Of a stretch of 63,836 nt of DNA, positions 24,516-38,524 are shown in pieces. The first letter of the stretch is position 1, and every line of letters begins with the position of its first letter. The stretch comes from Paraspadella gotoi (lineage: Eukaryota; Animalia; Chaetognatha), in contig CM119267.1 of NCBI GenBank assembly GCA_051294375.1, positions 23,522,257 to 23,586,092 on the forward strand, read 5' to 3'. Position numbers and translations under genes: made by a program. The notes beneath the pieces were generated by a model. It searched no databases and had not been told where the DNA came from. It worked only from the letters and a program-made list of their open reading frames with translations.

Positions 24516-25456
24516 TCTTCGTTTTGGTCTTCTCCAGATACGAGATAGCCTGGATCGGAAAGTAACTCCATGAAAACGTTAATAATGAAATAAATATCTT
24601 CTAGTATTTGATACAAAATTTGCTAACAGGGCAACTCACTCTTTAAAAATACTATGTTACTTTTTTTTCAATCATTGAAAGTTATCGAGTATTTTTCTTT
24701 ATTAACTAATTTTCAGTTAAAATCACAAACGTCACAAAATGATTTTCTCGTTCTCCTTATTCCGCTCCCCCACAAAAAAACAAAAAACTCAAAGACAAAA
24801 GATTAAAGAGAAAATAAGAAAATAAAAAAGGAGAAAGCGAAGTCGTAAAAATCTCGGTCAAAGACGGCGAGCCCATCTTCGCCCATTAATTTCCAATCGG
24901 GCCCCGTTTAAGGATAAACATCGAAAGAGAGACTCGATCCGGGCCTCGTTTAAAACCCATTATTCAAGCGAGATAGAAAGAAAAGAGAAAGAGAAAAAAA
25001 AAGAGTAAAAGAAAGGAAGGAAATAGCAAAAAAAGAAAGAGAAGGACAGAGAGGAGAGAGAGAGAGAGAGTCACCGCAAAATCGTAAATCTTTCCTTCTT
25101 TCTTTTTTCGGTGGCTCAAGAGGCGACAGGGGAGGACATGGTTAGATGCTTGAGGAAAAGCAGGGTAGGAAGGTGGAGGAAAGGTAGGGATAGAGAAAGA
25201 GAAGGAGGCTGGGAGGGAAGGTGAGTAATCTTACGGGAAGGAGACATCGATATGGCGTCTATATAGATATAGGCGAGAGCTGATTTGGTTTTAAATTCTA
25301 GTTATCAATTATGAATACTCTATACTATAGAGTCTATAGTTGGTGTTGAGAATGAATAAAACTAAATGATATTTGAGTAAGTACTATAGCCTTTTTGTTT
25401 ATTTAAAAAAAATGAATAAACCTTTGTAAGTTGAGTCGTTTGGGAATATTGTGTTG

Positions 25457-25507
<51 letters not shown>

Positions 25508-26786
25508 TAACGCAGGCGCGCTATAATTGAGTGTTTATCCCACTAGACCAGTTATGGGAATCGTAAATGACGCTCGGGATGATAAAGAAGGCAACGGCGT
25601 TGTCGTCGTCGTCGTCGTTCTTGTTGTGAATGTGATTCTCACAGAATCACGAAGTGACTTTTTCTTTCTTCTCGGCTGCTGGAATGACTCGAGCGTCGAA
25701 ACTCGTTCATGGCGTCGTCGTCGTTTTTGTCGTCGTCGTTTTTGTCGTCGTCGTCTTTGTCGTCGTCGTTTTCGTCACCGTTGTCGTCGTCGATGTCATC
25801 GTTTTTGTCATTGTTTTCGTCGTTGCTGTTGTCTTCACAGATTACGTGATTCACGTGCCTTGTAAGAAATAGCTATATATGATATATAATATATATAGCT
25901 AAATTTTACAAAATTCGTTATACGCAAAAGGGGATCGGCCATTTTAATTTTCATCAATTCTAAGGATGAAGCAAGAAACAATCTCAAAATTCACACTAAA
26001 ACAAGTTATTTTTTTTTCACAGAAAACTCGAACGATTTGAGTGAGAACGAGATGAATTTTGCATCAGACCGGAAAATCGATTGGTGAGAGAGCGGATAGA
26101 GAGAGAGACAGAGAGGGAGTGAGAGAGAGAGACCAAGGCTAATCTGACCAAAAAGATTCCTCATCTCCCTGGCTTTAAAGTCCCTTTTGACGTTTGACCG
26201 ACGACTAGTGACGACGACGACGACGATGACTACGACGACGACGACGAGATAAGGTTTCTCCGATTTCAGACCCAAAAAAGGAAACCTCATGCGCACATCT
26301 GTCAGAAAATCGACCCACATTTACGACTTCGATCCAAGTTTATCCACTTTCAATTCCCGCAATCAAAATTAGAAATGAAACTTACCCACCAGTGAAAATT
26401 GTTCACATTTACTCCCAACGTCAATTATCTGACAACTATCCTCATTTTCACTCACTTATTCCTCGTCTACCAGTGAACCGGAAACGCTAAACTTGCTACG
26501 CTATATTGCCACCCAACCCTGCCACAATATCTTGCCACTCACTTGCTACGCGTCCTTTACACCCACACTGTCACGTTTTCTTCCCTTGTCCAATTGCCAC
26601 GGACACCTGCCACGATCTCTTACAACGTCAGCTTGCAACGCTAACCTTCTACATTATCTTGCTACGCTCACTTGTCACGCCTCTTGTCACGTCAATGGTC
26701 ACGCCCAACTTTAGTCTCGATTCGCGAGGGACGAAAACTTTGAGGAGACGAAGACGAAGCGAAGAGATTTTCAAGCGGGACTCTTG

Positions 26787-27313
26787 AGCGAGGCTGCAGA
26801 GGAGGATGCAGGCGAGGCTGCAGGGGAGGCTGCAGGAGAGGCTGCAGAGGAGGATGCAGGTGCGGCTGCAGAGGAGGATGCAGGTGCGGCTGCAGGGGTG
26901 GATGCAGGCGAGGCTGCAGGGGAGGCTGCAGGGGCNNNNNNNNNNNNNNNNNNNNNNNNNNNNNNNNNNNNNNNNNNNNNNNNNNNNNNNNNNNNNNNNN
27001 NNNNNNNNNNNNNNNNNNNNNNNNNNNNNNNNNNNNNNNNNNNNNNNNNNNNNNNNNNNNNNNNNNNNNNNNNNNNNNNNNNNNNNNNNNNNNNNNNNNN
27101 NNNNNNNNNNNNNNNNNNNNNNNNNNNNNNNNNNNNNNNNNNNNNNNNNNNNNNNNNNNNNNNNNNNNNNNNNNNNNNNNNNNNGAGACTGCAGGGGACG
27201 ATGCAGGCGAGGCTGCAGAGGAGGATGAAGGGGAGGCTGTAGGGGCGGATGCAGGGGAGGCTGGAGGGGACGATGCAGGCGAGGCTGCAAGGGCGGATGC
27301 AGGGGAGGCTGCG
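26787..27313. repeat. GC-rich 12/24-bp minisatellite (gcaggcgaggct/gcagaggaggat) spanning an N gap
   Basis: Same unit on both sides of gap 26936-27184. Confidence 0.9.
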
Positions 27314-27754
27314 ATTTTGCTCTACATTATTTTCTAATGTAAAAATTAACTCTATATCCCATGAACACTGAACTGTCCGAAAAAAATTTACTGATATCAG
27401 AAACTAAAAAAAAGACAAAAAAAGACGAAAGAAGATTTTGTCTTTTCAAAGTCTTTTGTTCTTTTGTTTGTTTAGCGTTTTCCTTTTCCTCTCGCCACGC
27501 CTTCTGTCGCCCTCGACAGCCCTCTGGTAACCTTTACGCCCCCTGCGCACAGCGCATCCACCAAACAAACAGCGCCTCCAAACGTTAAAAGCCCCAGTAA
27601 CAACTTCTGTTACTGAATAAAGTCAGAGATAAAAGTAATAAGCCTATGCAAGAAATTTTAATTATCGGGAACCGTGGTTGTATTCAAAAAAATATTAAAA
27701 CATTAGTACAACCAATATAAAAATTAGCCATTCATTCAATAAATAAGCTATCTG

Positions 27755-27864
27755 GCCCCTGACAGGCTTTGGTGGTTTAAGGCCTCCATCACTCTTACAA
27801 AATAATGACATAGCATGTCACTGCAAGCTTTCAATCAAGACTTTCTCACAGTCTCGTTTATTTA
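27755..27864 (-). repeat. Dispersed repeat, second copy of the 1450-1570 family
   Basis: Reverse-complement similarity over ~110 bp. Confidence 0.8.
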
Positions 27865-28563
27865 CTTGATTACTTAAATTTTTAAAATATTCAAATGAAA
27901 TTTTTATTTGACCATTCATTTCCCCCCCGACGATAAACCCGAGTCAAACTCCACACCATTTTTTTACCCCGTATTTCCCCGTCAACACACCCTAACATCC
28001 CCTGCCATCTCCCCCCACACATTTCTCTGCTTGCCCCCGCCTCCCCTCCGCGCCAAAGGAAGCGCCACACAACGCGGACAGATGCTTTTTTGTTCCCCTA
28101 ATTTTGTCTCTTCTTTTTATGCCTGCCGATTTAGCGCCTCGCGTTTCCGCCTTTTTTTCTTCGACGCCTTTGTTATTTTGTTGTTTTTTTTTGTGTTTTT
28201 TTTTTGGTGTTTTTTTTCTCAGGCTTCTCGCTAGTCGGTTTTCTTTTAAAAACGAGTTTTATTTTACTTAAAACGTTTCGTTCCGTTGTTTTTTTCAAAA
28301 CGTCATTTTCCGAATGAATATATACTAATTTTGTATAATTTTTTTATTTCTGTGAAATTTTGATCTTTTATTTGAGCGTTGATTACAAACCATGAGCTAC
28401 GTATGATACAAAATATAATTTTTTTATTCGTAACAAGGTTTTTTATATGTTTTAAATCTTTTGAACCGCTAAGTTAAGGAATAATTTAAATGTTCCTAAA
28501 AATAGAAATTTGAGCTAAAAACTCTTTCAAATGGTAATTTTTCTATTTTCACAGATGTTACAC

Positions 28564-28612
<49 letters not shown>

Positions 28613-28893
28613 GTCTCTCGCTCTCCATCGTTTTATTAAGTTTTCACACCACGTTGAAATCGCTTCCATCATTTTTCACCAAAATGCCCGATCGTGAAAA
28701 TTCACTAGCAAAACTGGCAGGCCCCACTTCTCCATTTTAAAAAAATGATTTTTTAAAAATTATTCTATTAACAGAACATAAGTCTAACCAGCGGCGAATA
28801 GTTTAACTTCAAATGTTGGAACGATCTTTCGTCTCGCCTTTTACAACCGATTTCCAAGTGCATTTTATGGAATGGCCTTTCGTTAACGATATG

Positions 28894-28937
<44 letters not shown>

Positions 28938-31411
28938 GAAGAGAGAAGAGAGAGAAGAGAGAGATAGAGAGAGGAGAGAAAGAGAGAGAGAGACCGAAGG
29001 GAGCAATTACAATAGCGCAGATAATAGATCGTAGGGACGAATCAGAAAAATGGGTTCAATGATTTCTGTCCAAATGAAGATCGTCTTGTCCCCATATAAC
29101 GATTTCGTTTACAAATTTTCTTATAGGTCATCTCTACTTTAAGCGATTTAATCAAAGCGTTTCCAATGATGTATGATTAAAAATTGCACACTGAATAAAA
29201 TCATATAGCAGGGCAAAATACGAAAATAAGTAATGAGAGAATTGGAATTTTCAAACTCGTAAGGAATGAAAAATAATTTAAAAATTTTAATAATGACAAA
29301 AGCTAGAAATAAAAATTGAGAAAAGGTTTAAAATCTTCGAAGCGAAAAAAAGTTCAAAGAAGAAAAAAAATAACCAATTTTTACTAAAAAAATTTAAATT
29401 ACGGAATATGCAAATCTTTAAAGGAAAAAAAAATTGTTCGAAATTACGGATTTTGAATATTTCGACATATCGGATTTTTTTTGCTGCACGTAAACCTGGA
29501 AATTCAATTCCGCAACACGAACGCTCAAAAAAAAACTTATAAAAAGTTTATAAACGCATTTCCAAAAAAATAACTTCTTCTTGTCTAAAAATAACACTTT
29601 TTCCGGTTCAGAAGAAACGGACGCCATTTTGTTTTTTTTTTCTATCTTTTTCTCGCCACCATCTGCGGATTATTGCAAATGCGATTTTTCTTCTCCGCGC
29701 CGCGTGGGCTTCAAAAGCGATCCAGTCTGCCATCCGTAGGTGCGAAGGGACCAACGATTATCTCTTTCCTTATTATCATTATCGTTCTTCGTTATCGCGT
29801 CGTTCTTCAATCATCTCGTCATCATCAATAAGCATCGTCCCCCTTTTTTTTGCCGTCGGTTCCGAAGAACGACGCCGCCGTCGCATTATTGTTAGTTTAG
29901 TTTATTAATTTGTTTTGTTAATTTTCTTGTTTAATGTTATTATTTCTATGTCTACGAAAATAAATTCTTTCTAACCATGTCATATGTTTTAAAGAATTAG
30001 GGTTTTCTCTTAATTTCTTCTTTCTTTAAAATCTTCTCGATTTCTCTTAGTTTTTCTTTGTTCTCTTTTCCTCCTCTCTTTCCTTTCCTTCTTATTTCCT
30101 TCTCCTTCTTTCCTCCTTTCCTCTCTCATTATCCTTCTCTTTCTTCCCTTCTCTAACTTTCTCTTGTTCTACTTTTCTTACTTATCCCTCATTCTCTTCC
30201 TCCCTTCCTCCCTTTCGTCCCTCTCTTCCCTTCCCTATTCCCCTCCCTCTTCTCCCTCCCCTCTTTCCCGCTACTCCTCTCTCCACTCCCTCCTCTTCGC
30301 TTCCCACTCCTCCGCTCCCTTCCCCTCTACTCATCCACTTCCTTACTTCCTCTTCTTTTCTTCCTTCCTTCCTTCCTCCCTTGTCCCGTTTTGCCCATTT
30401 TCTCCTTTCTTCTACTCCCTCCCTCTCCCTCTCGCCCAACACAAACTAATTCCCAAGAATCGGATTTTTTTCCCTTCTTCTTCTTCCTACGATAATTTTT
30501 CCCGAAAGACGAATCAAAGGAGCCGGACTCAGGTGTCGTCGTCGTCGTCGTCGTCGTCGTCGTCTGTGTTGTCGTCTTCTTCTTCTTCTTCGTCGTCGTC
30601 GTCGTCGTCGTCGTCATCCTCGTAAAAAACAGACGCAAGCGAAAGTCTTTTTAATCCGTCAAGATGTTTATCTCATTAACTCTCGCCTTTGAAACCAGAA
30701 CAACAACAACAACAACAACAACAAAACAACGACGACGCCAAAAAAAACGACTACAACAACGAAAACAGCAAGCTCAACGACAACAAGGACAACAACAACA
30801 ATAAAAACGTGAAAAAGACCGAGAACAACAGCTCCGACAACAAGTAACAATAAATAATAACGATTAAGAACTACTACGATAAGAAAAAAAGTTTCGTGTC
30901 TTACGTAATATTTAGATAATCTAAACTCGTAATAACTAATAATTAGCTAATTTAAACTCATAAGTCTCTCTTTAGTAGTTTTTTTTTCTTCATCATTCCG
31001 CCAGAAAGGATTTCCACACAGCATTTCCTTTCGGTTCCACCGTAAAAAAAAAAATCTATTCTCATATTTTCCAGTAAATTTCCACCCGAGATCTCATTCC
31101 CAAACTCTATTTACCCCCCCACCAACCCCCCTTATCCCCTTCCCACTCTCCTTAGTCACACCCCCAATTCCCCCTTCCTCTCCGTGAGGGTCTCCCCCCC
31201 ACAACGAAATTCCTTCCTGTGATAAAAACACGACGGTCATCGATTAATTCCATCTAGAGTTTCCCGACATTTTCCTCTCTCTCTCTCCTTCATCCCTCTT
31301 TGTCCTCTGTCTCTGGTCTTTTTTCAGTTTCATCTTCTCTCTCTCTCTCCTCTCTCTCTCTCCTCTCTCTCTCTCATCTTTTCCTCNNNNNNNNNNNNNN
31401 NNNNNNNNNNN

Positions 31412-34400
31412 GGATTTTTTTATTTTTTTTATTTTGACCATTCATTTCACCCCCGGACGACCGCGAGTCAAAAAAACGTCCACACCAGTTTTTTTTACCC
31501 CGTTTTCGAACAAAACCCTAAGTCCCTGCCACCCCCCCCACCCCGATTTTCTTCTGCCTTTCCCCGCCGTCCCTCTCCGCTCGCAAAAAGGAAGGCGCCA
31601 CACAAAGCGCCGGACAGTGATTATGCTTGTTTGGTTCCCCTTAATTTCTGTCTTTCTTTTTCTTTCTGCCGCTATTTTTACTGCGCCTCGCGTTTTCCGC
31701 CTTTTTTTCTTCGAACGCCTTTGTGTTTTTTTATGTGTTTTTTTTGGTGTGTTTTTTTCTTCAGCTTCTCTAACGCTTAGTCGGTTTTCTTTTAAAAAAA
31801 CGAGTTTTATTTTACTTTTAAAACGTTCGCTTCCCTGGTTGTTTCTTTTTCTTTTCAAAACGTCCATTTTCCGAATGAGATATATAATAATTTTTATATT
31901 TTTTTTTTTTATTTCTGTGAAATTGATCTTTTATTGAGGCGTTTGTTTTTTTGTGTTGTTGTGATTTACCAAAACCATGAGAGCTACGGTATTGGAGTAC
32001 AAATATAATTTTTTTTATTCGGTAACATAGGTTTTGGTTGATATGTTTTTAATTCTTATTGTAACCGCTAAAGTTAAGGATAATAGGCGGTACATAAAAA
32101 ATATTTTAAATGTTCCTAAAAATTAGAAATTTTGAGCTTAAGAACTTCTTTTTCAAAATGGTTGATATTTTCTATTTCACAGAAAATGTACACAAAAAAT
32201 CTCTCTTCTCTCGTCTCTCGTCTCTCTCTCTCTCTCCTCCCTCTCTCTTCTCTTTCTTGTCTCTCCTGCCCTCTCCATCGTTTTATTTAAGTGTTTCACC
32301 ACCAGACGACCGTGTTATTTGAACTGATGATAATCGCTTGTCCGATCATTCCACCATATGAAATCCTGTCCCGATTCGTTTTTTGTTTTTTGAAAAATTT
32401 CACTTAGGCCAAAAACCTGGCAGGCCCCACTTTCTCATTTTTTAAAAATGTTTTAAATATTATTTCTATTACGCGAAACATAAGGTCTAACCAGCGGGCG
32501 AATAGTAACTCAGTAATGCTGCCGATTCATTTTGCGTCTCGCCCTTTTTTAACGAACCGATTTGCCCAAAGTGCAATTATATTGGTTAATGGTCTTCTTC
32601 GTTTTAAACGAATATGCGAGAGATCGCGGCTGAGAGGAGACAGAACCGATGAGACGGAGGAGAGAGAAGCGGAGGAAGGAGAAGAGCGGAGAGAGCAAGG
32701 AGGAGAGAGATGCAGAGAGAGAGAGAGAGAGAGAGGAGAGAGAAGGAGAGAAACAGAGGGAAGAGCAGGGAGAGAAGAGGCCAAGAGAAATCGCAGAGTA
32801 TGATCCGTAGGACGAATCACGAAAATGGGTTCAATATGATTTCTGTCCAAATTGAAGCGATCGTCTGTGAATCCCCATATAAGATTTCGTTTTAACCGAA
32901 GTTTATCCTTAATAGGTCAGTTCTCTACTTTAGAGGCCGATTTCAATTCAAGCGTTTCCATCGATGTATGATTAAAAAAAATTGCACACTGAATAAATCA
33001 TAAGCAGGGCATAAATCGATAATTAAGTTAATCAGAAATTGAATTTGTCAAACTCGTAAGGAATGGAGGAACAATTATAAAATTTAAAATAATGACAAAA
33101 TAGCTAGAAATTATAAATTGAAGGAAAGTTGTTTAAACTCTTCGGAAGCGATAAAAAAAGAAAGTTCAAATAGTAAGAAAAAAAATCAAACAATTTTTTA
33201 CTTTAAAAAAAATTTACAATTAGCGGAATTAATGCAAATATTTAAATGAAAATAAAGAAATTGTTTCGAAATTACGAGATTTTGATAGTATTCTCGACAT
33301 ATCGGCATTTTTTGCTGCACGTTATTAAACCTGGAAATTCAAATTCCGCACACGACAACGCTAAAAAAAAAAAAAAAAAAACTTATAAATAAGTTATAAA
33401 CGCATTCCAAAAAAATAACTTCTCTTTCTAAACTTTTACACTTAAAATATCTTTTTCCGTGTTCAGAAAACACGACGCCATTGTTTTTTTTTTTCTTCGT
33501 TTCTTCTCGCCACCAATCTGCGCGGGATTATTGCAAATGCGATTTTTTCTTCTTCCGCCGCTGGGCCTTCGAAAAGCGATCCTAGTCTGCATCCGTTAGG
33601 TGCGAAGGGACGCAACAGGATTATCTCTTTCCTTATTAGTCATTTTATCGTTCTTCCGTTTATCGGATCGTCGTTCTTCTCATACGTCAGTCATCGTATC
33701 ATAAGCATACGTCCCCTTTTTTTTGCGTCGGGGGTCGTTCGAAAAGAATCGGACGCCGCACTGTCGCATTTTGTTAGTTAGTTTATAATTTGTTTTGTTA
33801 CATTTTCTTATTGTTTATCGTTACTATTTCGTCTATTCTGAGGAAAAATAAATTCTTAACCTAACCATTCTATATGATATAAGAATTACAGAGTATAATT
33901 CTCTTATAATTTCTTCTTATATCTTTAAAATCTTCTGCGTTTCTCTTAGTTTTTATTTGTTCTCTGTTTCCTCCTACGCTCTATCCTTTCCTTCTACTAT
34001 ATTTCACCTCATACCGTTCTTTCCTCCTTTCCTTCTCATTTTCCTTCTCTTTCTTCTATTCTAACTTTCTTTGTTCTACTTTTTTACTTCCTCATTCTCT
34101 CCCCCTTCCCCCTTCTGTCCCTCTCATTCCTTCCAAACCTCATTCCCCTCCCTCTTCTTCCTCGCCCCCTCTCTCTCTCTTCCCTCTTCCTCCCCTGTCC
34201 TCTCGCCTTCCCTGACTCCCTCTCTCTCCTCTCCCGACCACTTCGCTCCTCCGCCCCTCTCCCCTCTTCTCATCCACTTCTTACTTCTGCTTCCTCTTAT
34301 CTTCCTCTTCTCTCCCCTCGTCCCGTTCTCTGCCCATTTCTCCTTTCTCCTCTCCCCTCCCCTCCCTCTTCGCCCCACACAAACTAATTCCCAAAGTAAT

Positions 34401-35310
34401 TGCGATTTTTCTTCCTTCTCTTCTTTCCTACGATATTTAAATTTTCCCGAAAGAACAGCATCATACGATAAAGGAGCCGACTTCAAGTGTGTGTCGGTCG
34501 TACGTCGTCTACGTCGTCGTCGTCTTTGTTGTCTCTTTTCTTCTTTTCTTTCGTCGTCGTCCTCGTCGTTCGTCGTTTCGTCAGTCCTTCGTAAAAAACA
34601 GACGCTGAAGCTAAAGTTTTTCTTTTTATCCGTCAAGATAGTTTATCTCATTAACTCTCGCCTTGAAACCAGAACAACAACAACACAACAACATAACAAA
34701 AACAAACGACGACGCAAAAAAAAAAAAAAACGACTACAACACGAAAACAGCAAGCTCAACGACATAGCTAAAGGCACAACAACAACAATAAATAAACCGT
34801 GAAAGACCGAACAACAGTCCTCGACAACAGTAAAATAATATATACGATTAAGAACTACTACGATAAGAAGAAAAAAAGTTCGTGTTCTTACGTAATATTT
34901 AGATAATCTAAACTCGAATAAACTAATAACTTAGCTAATTAAAACTCATAAGAAAACCGATGGTATCATCTTTAGTAGTTTTTTTTTTATTCTTCCATTC
35001 ATTCCCCGCCCAGCCGCGAAACAAGAAAAGGATTTTCCACACAGCATTCCTTTCTTGTTCCACCCCCGTTAAAAAAAAAAAAAAAAAAAAAATCTCCATA
35101 ATTTCCCCTATTTTCCAACCCCGGAGACCCCGATCTCATTCCACTCTATTTCCCCCCCCCACCAACCCCCCTTATCCCCTTCCCACTCTCCTTAGTCCAC
35201 CCCCAAGTTCCCCCTTCCTCTCCGTGAGGGTCTCCCCCCCACAACGAAAGTTCCTTCCTGTGATAAAAAGACGACGGGTCATCGATAATTCCATTCAGAG
35301 TTTCCACAGT
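31412..35310 (+). other. Error-rich tandem duplicate of ~27900-31265
   Basis: Begins right after the 25-N gap at 31387-31411 with the same ttgaccattcatttc sequence; colinear for more than 3 kb. Confidence 0.9.
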
Positions 35311-35368
35311 TTTCTCTCTTCTCTCTCTCTTCTCGCCTCTTGTCGCTCTGTCTGCTGTCTTTTTCTCA

Positions 35369-35413
<45 letters not shown>

Positions 35414-35564
35414 ATTGACGCATCTTCGTCTCCTCTCTTCTCTCCTCTCTCTCTCTCTCTCTCTCCTTCTCTCGCTCTTTCTCTTCTCGTCTTCTCTGCT
35501 CTTCTCTCCTTCTCTCTTTCCTCTCTCTCTCTCTCTCGCTCTTCTCTTCTCTCTTCTTCTCGCC

Positions 35565-35615
<51 letters not shown>

Positions 35616-35656
35616 GAACTCGCGAGCCGCCAAATTTCGACGACCGCTGATCTCGC

Positions 35657-35695
<39 letters not shown>

Positions 35696-37678
35696 TCTCT
35701 CTCTTGCGTCTCTCTCTCATCTCGTCTCTTCTTAAACTTTGTACTTATCATAAATCCAGATAAATTAATATAGGGAAAAATTCCTAAAAGTTGATTAAGT
35801 CAGTGCAATCGATAGTGAAGAGAGAGGAAAGAGAGACGATGAGGAGGAGGGAGAGTAAAGAGAGAGAGATGAAGAGATGATGAGGACGAGAGATGAGAGA
35901 GAGAGGACAGAGAGAGGAAAGAGAAGATAAAGAGAATAGGAAGATAACATACGCTATAGACATTCACAGCATACGTTTGCCAACCTAGCAAAATAAAAAA
36001 AAAAGATTTAGATTAATTAATGTCACGTCACTGTTAAAATGAAGTACTTAATAACTCAAATAGTAAGAATAAAAGAGTTCCAACTGTTCTTCACGGACAG
36101 AATTGCTCGTACAGTTCGGTTCTGACTCGGACAAACCCGACTGGACGTGACGCAGTGGGGGAGGGGAGAAAGGGGAAGGAAAGGACGTCTAGCGGTCAAA
36201 TCCCCAACCACTTTGACGCCGACTGACTGACTAATCCCTCCCAAAGCTGCCCCAAATTTTCGAGTCGGCACAGCGGCTTTCGCCGGTGACGAATTTCCCC
36301 ATTTGAAAGGTCGCACAGTGTTTTTGAGCGAGAAGGAAATAAGCAAAACGTTTGATATATCTCGGTGTCAAAGATAAAAATAAAAAAAATTAATAAGTTT
36401 ATAAATTTAAATATGCTAATTATGTGTCATGGCGACAAAATAATACTTTGACAAACATCTACTAAATCAAGTCAAGAATTCTGCATAAGATCCGTAAAAT
36501 AAAATAATTAGTTGTGACAAACATTATTTCTGCTACGTTTATTCACACCTCACACTGATAAAATCTGCCAAATATATCGAAACATATCTGGGATTTTTTT
36601 TCTCCAAAAAAAAAAATTGTTTTATGAAAATAAAACTAATTGTTGTCTAAATCAACGAAAAGAAAAGATAATACACTAATATCTACATTTAAAATGTTTT
36701 AAAACATTTTCAAAAAATCCTTAATTTTTGGGTCAAAGGTCATCCGTCCGAACGCGAGGCGGAATTCCCTTCCGACTGAATCGCCACAGTGACACTTACC
36801 TCGGGATCGTCGATCCCGAGAAATCCCAGGAAGGAAAGAAAAACCACTGTGGATTTACGCCGAGGCAAATGGCGGGGATGAAAGGGAAGANNNNNNNNNN
36901 NNNNNNNNNNNNNNNCAGTGGAAGGATAAGGGGAAGTGTGGGAACAGTGAGAAAGGAGAAGTTGGGAATCAGGGGAAGTAAGGAGAGTTGAGAAAGAGAA
37001 AGTGGGGAACAGTGGGGAACAGGGGTAAGTGGGGAACGGGAGAGGGAAGTGGCAGTGGGAAAGTGGGAGACTTAGGGAACGAGGGGAAGTTGGGAACGGA
37101 AGTGGAACATACGCAAGGATAGCAAGGTGATCAAGGATAGGATTATGGAAGTAAGAAGGGAGAAAGAAAAAAGAAAACCTGCAGTTGTTTACGACGTGAC
37201 GGTGAACAGTTTGTTTCAGTGTTCACTGAAACATGAACTGAGAGAGTGTCAAGTAACAATAAAACTTGATCTCTTCTTCTTTTTAAGAGGGGAAAGAAAA
37301 GAAAGAAAACCTGACAGTGTTACGGCGTGACGGTGAACAGTTTGTTCAGTGTTCACTGAACACTGAACTGAAGNNNNNNNNNNNNNNNNNNNNNNNNNNN
37401 NNNNNNNNNNNNNNNNNNNNNNNNNNNNNNNNNNNNNNNNNNNNNNNNNNNNNNNNNNNNNNNNNNNNNNNNNNNNNNNNNNNNNNNNNNNNNNNNNNNN
37501 NNNNNNNNNNNNNNNNNNNNNNNNNNNNNNNNNNNNNNNNNNNNNNNNNNNNNNNNNNNNNNNNNNNNNNNNNNNNNNNNNNNNNNNNNNNNNNNNNNNN
37601 NNNNNNNNNNNNNNNNNNNNNNNNNNNNNNNNNNNNNNNNNNNNNNNNNNNNNNNNNNNNNNNNNNNNNNNNNNNNNN

Positions 37679-37748
37679 AGTGATAACAAGTGATAACAAG
37701 TGAAAACAAGTGATAAAAAGTGATAACAAGTGATAACAAGTGATAACG
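37679..37748. repeat. 10-bp tandem repeat (agtgataaca)n running into a gap
   Basis: About 7 units. Confidence 0.9.
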
Positions 37749-37916
37749 AATGGAAGGAGGACAATGAAAGATCGAAAAAAGGCCACTGTTTTCCAAATGC
37801 GCCATATTTCTTTTCTTAAACCGTTTAGTTTTTACCCTAATCTCTTATTATGTATTTAAAACTAATTTCTNNNNNNNNNNNNNNNNNNNNNNNNNCGCCC
37901 ATATTCTTTCTTAAAC

Positions 37917-38524
37917 TAGAGCCAAACTTCGTCAATGGGGTGGGTCAGAAGTTTGATTTGGGAACCTTTCCAAATGAAACTTCATACAATTTCTGAGAGA
38001 ACTTTCAATGGAGCAAAATTTTCTAAATGGCAAGAGCATTAGTAATTAATTTTTAATATTTATTTATAGATAGGAAATGTCAAAATTTTTTGGATATTTA
38101 TTTTTAAAAGCAGATTCAATAGCTTATGAAAAGTTATCTACACAAAGTATAATTTCTTTTTTCAATATTTTGATGATAAGTGGGTTAAAATTTAAAAGAA
38201 AAACCTTAAAAAAATCATCATCATCATCATCATCCGATGATTTTTAGCAGTTTTTACTAATTTTAGCTAATAAAACATCAAAATTTTAAAAAGTTGTAAT
38301 TATTTTTTGCTTAACTTTTTAAGCTCTATCAGAATCAATTAAAAAAACTTAAAATATCCAAAAAATTTTAACATTATATAGCAATATATAATAATTATTA
38401 ATTAGCGAATACTTCATGGTTCGGAACATTTTTGCAAAAAAATTATTTTAACACAATAATTAATACAATAATGAATTAGTTTAATGCTGTTCCATTAAAA
38501 TTTGAATTGGTCGGCTACCCGCTA
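37917..38524. mobile_element. 608-bp palindromic (foldback/MITE-like) insertion with 7-bp target-site duplication CTTAAAC
   Basis: CTTAAAC at 37910-37916 and 38525-38531; uninterrupted empty site at 37801-37870; internal inverted arms (tgtcaaaattttttggatattt / aaatatccaaaaaattttaaca); ends TAG...CTA. Confidence 0.7.

Noticed and set aside
35146-35751. RE/LS dipeptide ORFs (many similar ones throughout the window)
   Set aside because: Translations of (AG)n/(CT)n microsatellites.
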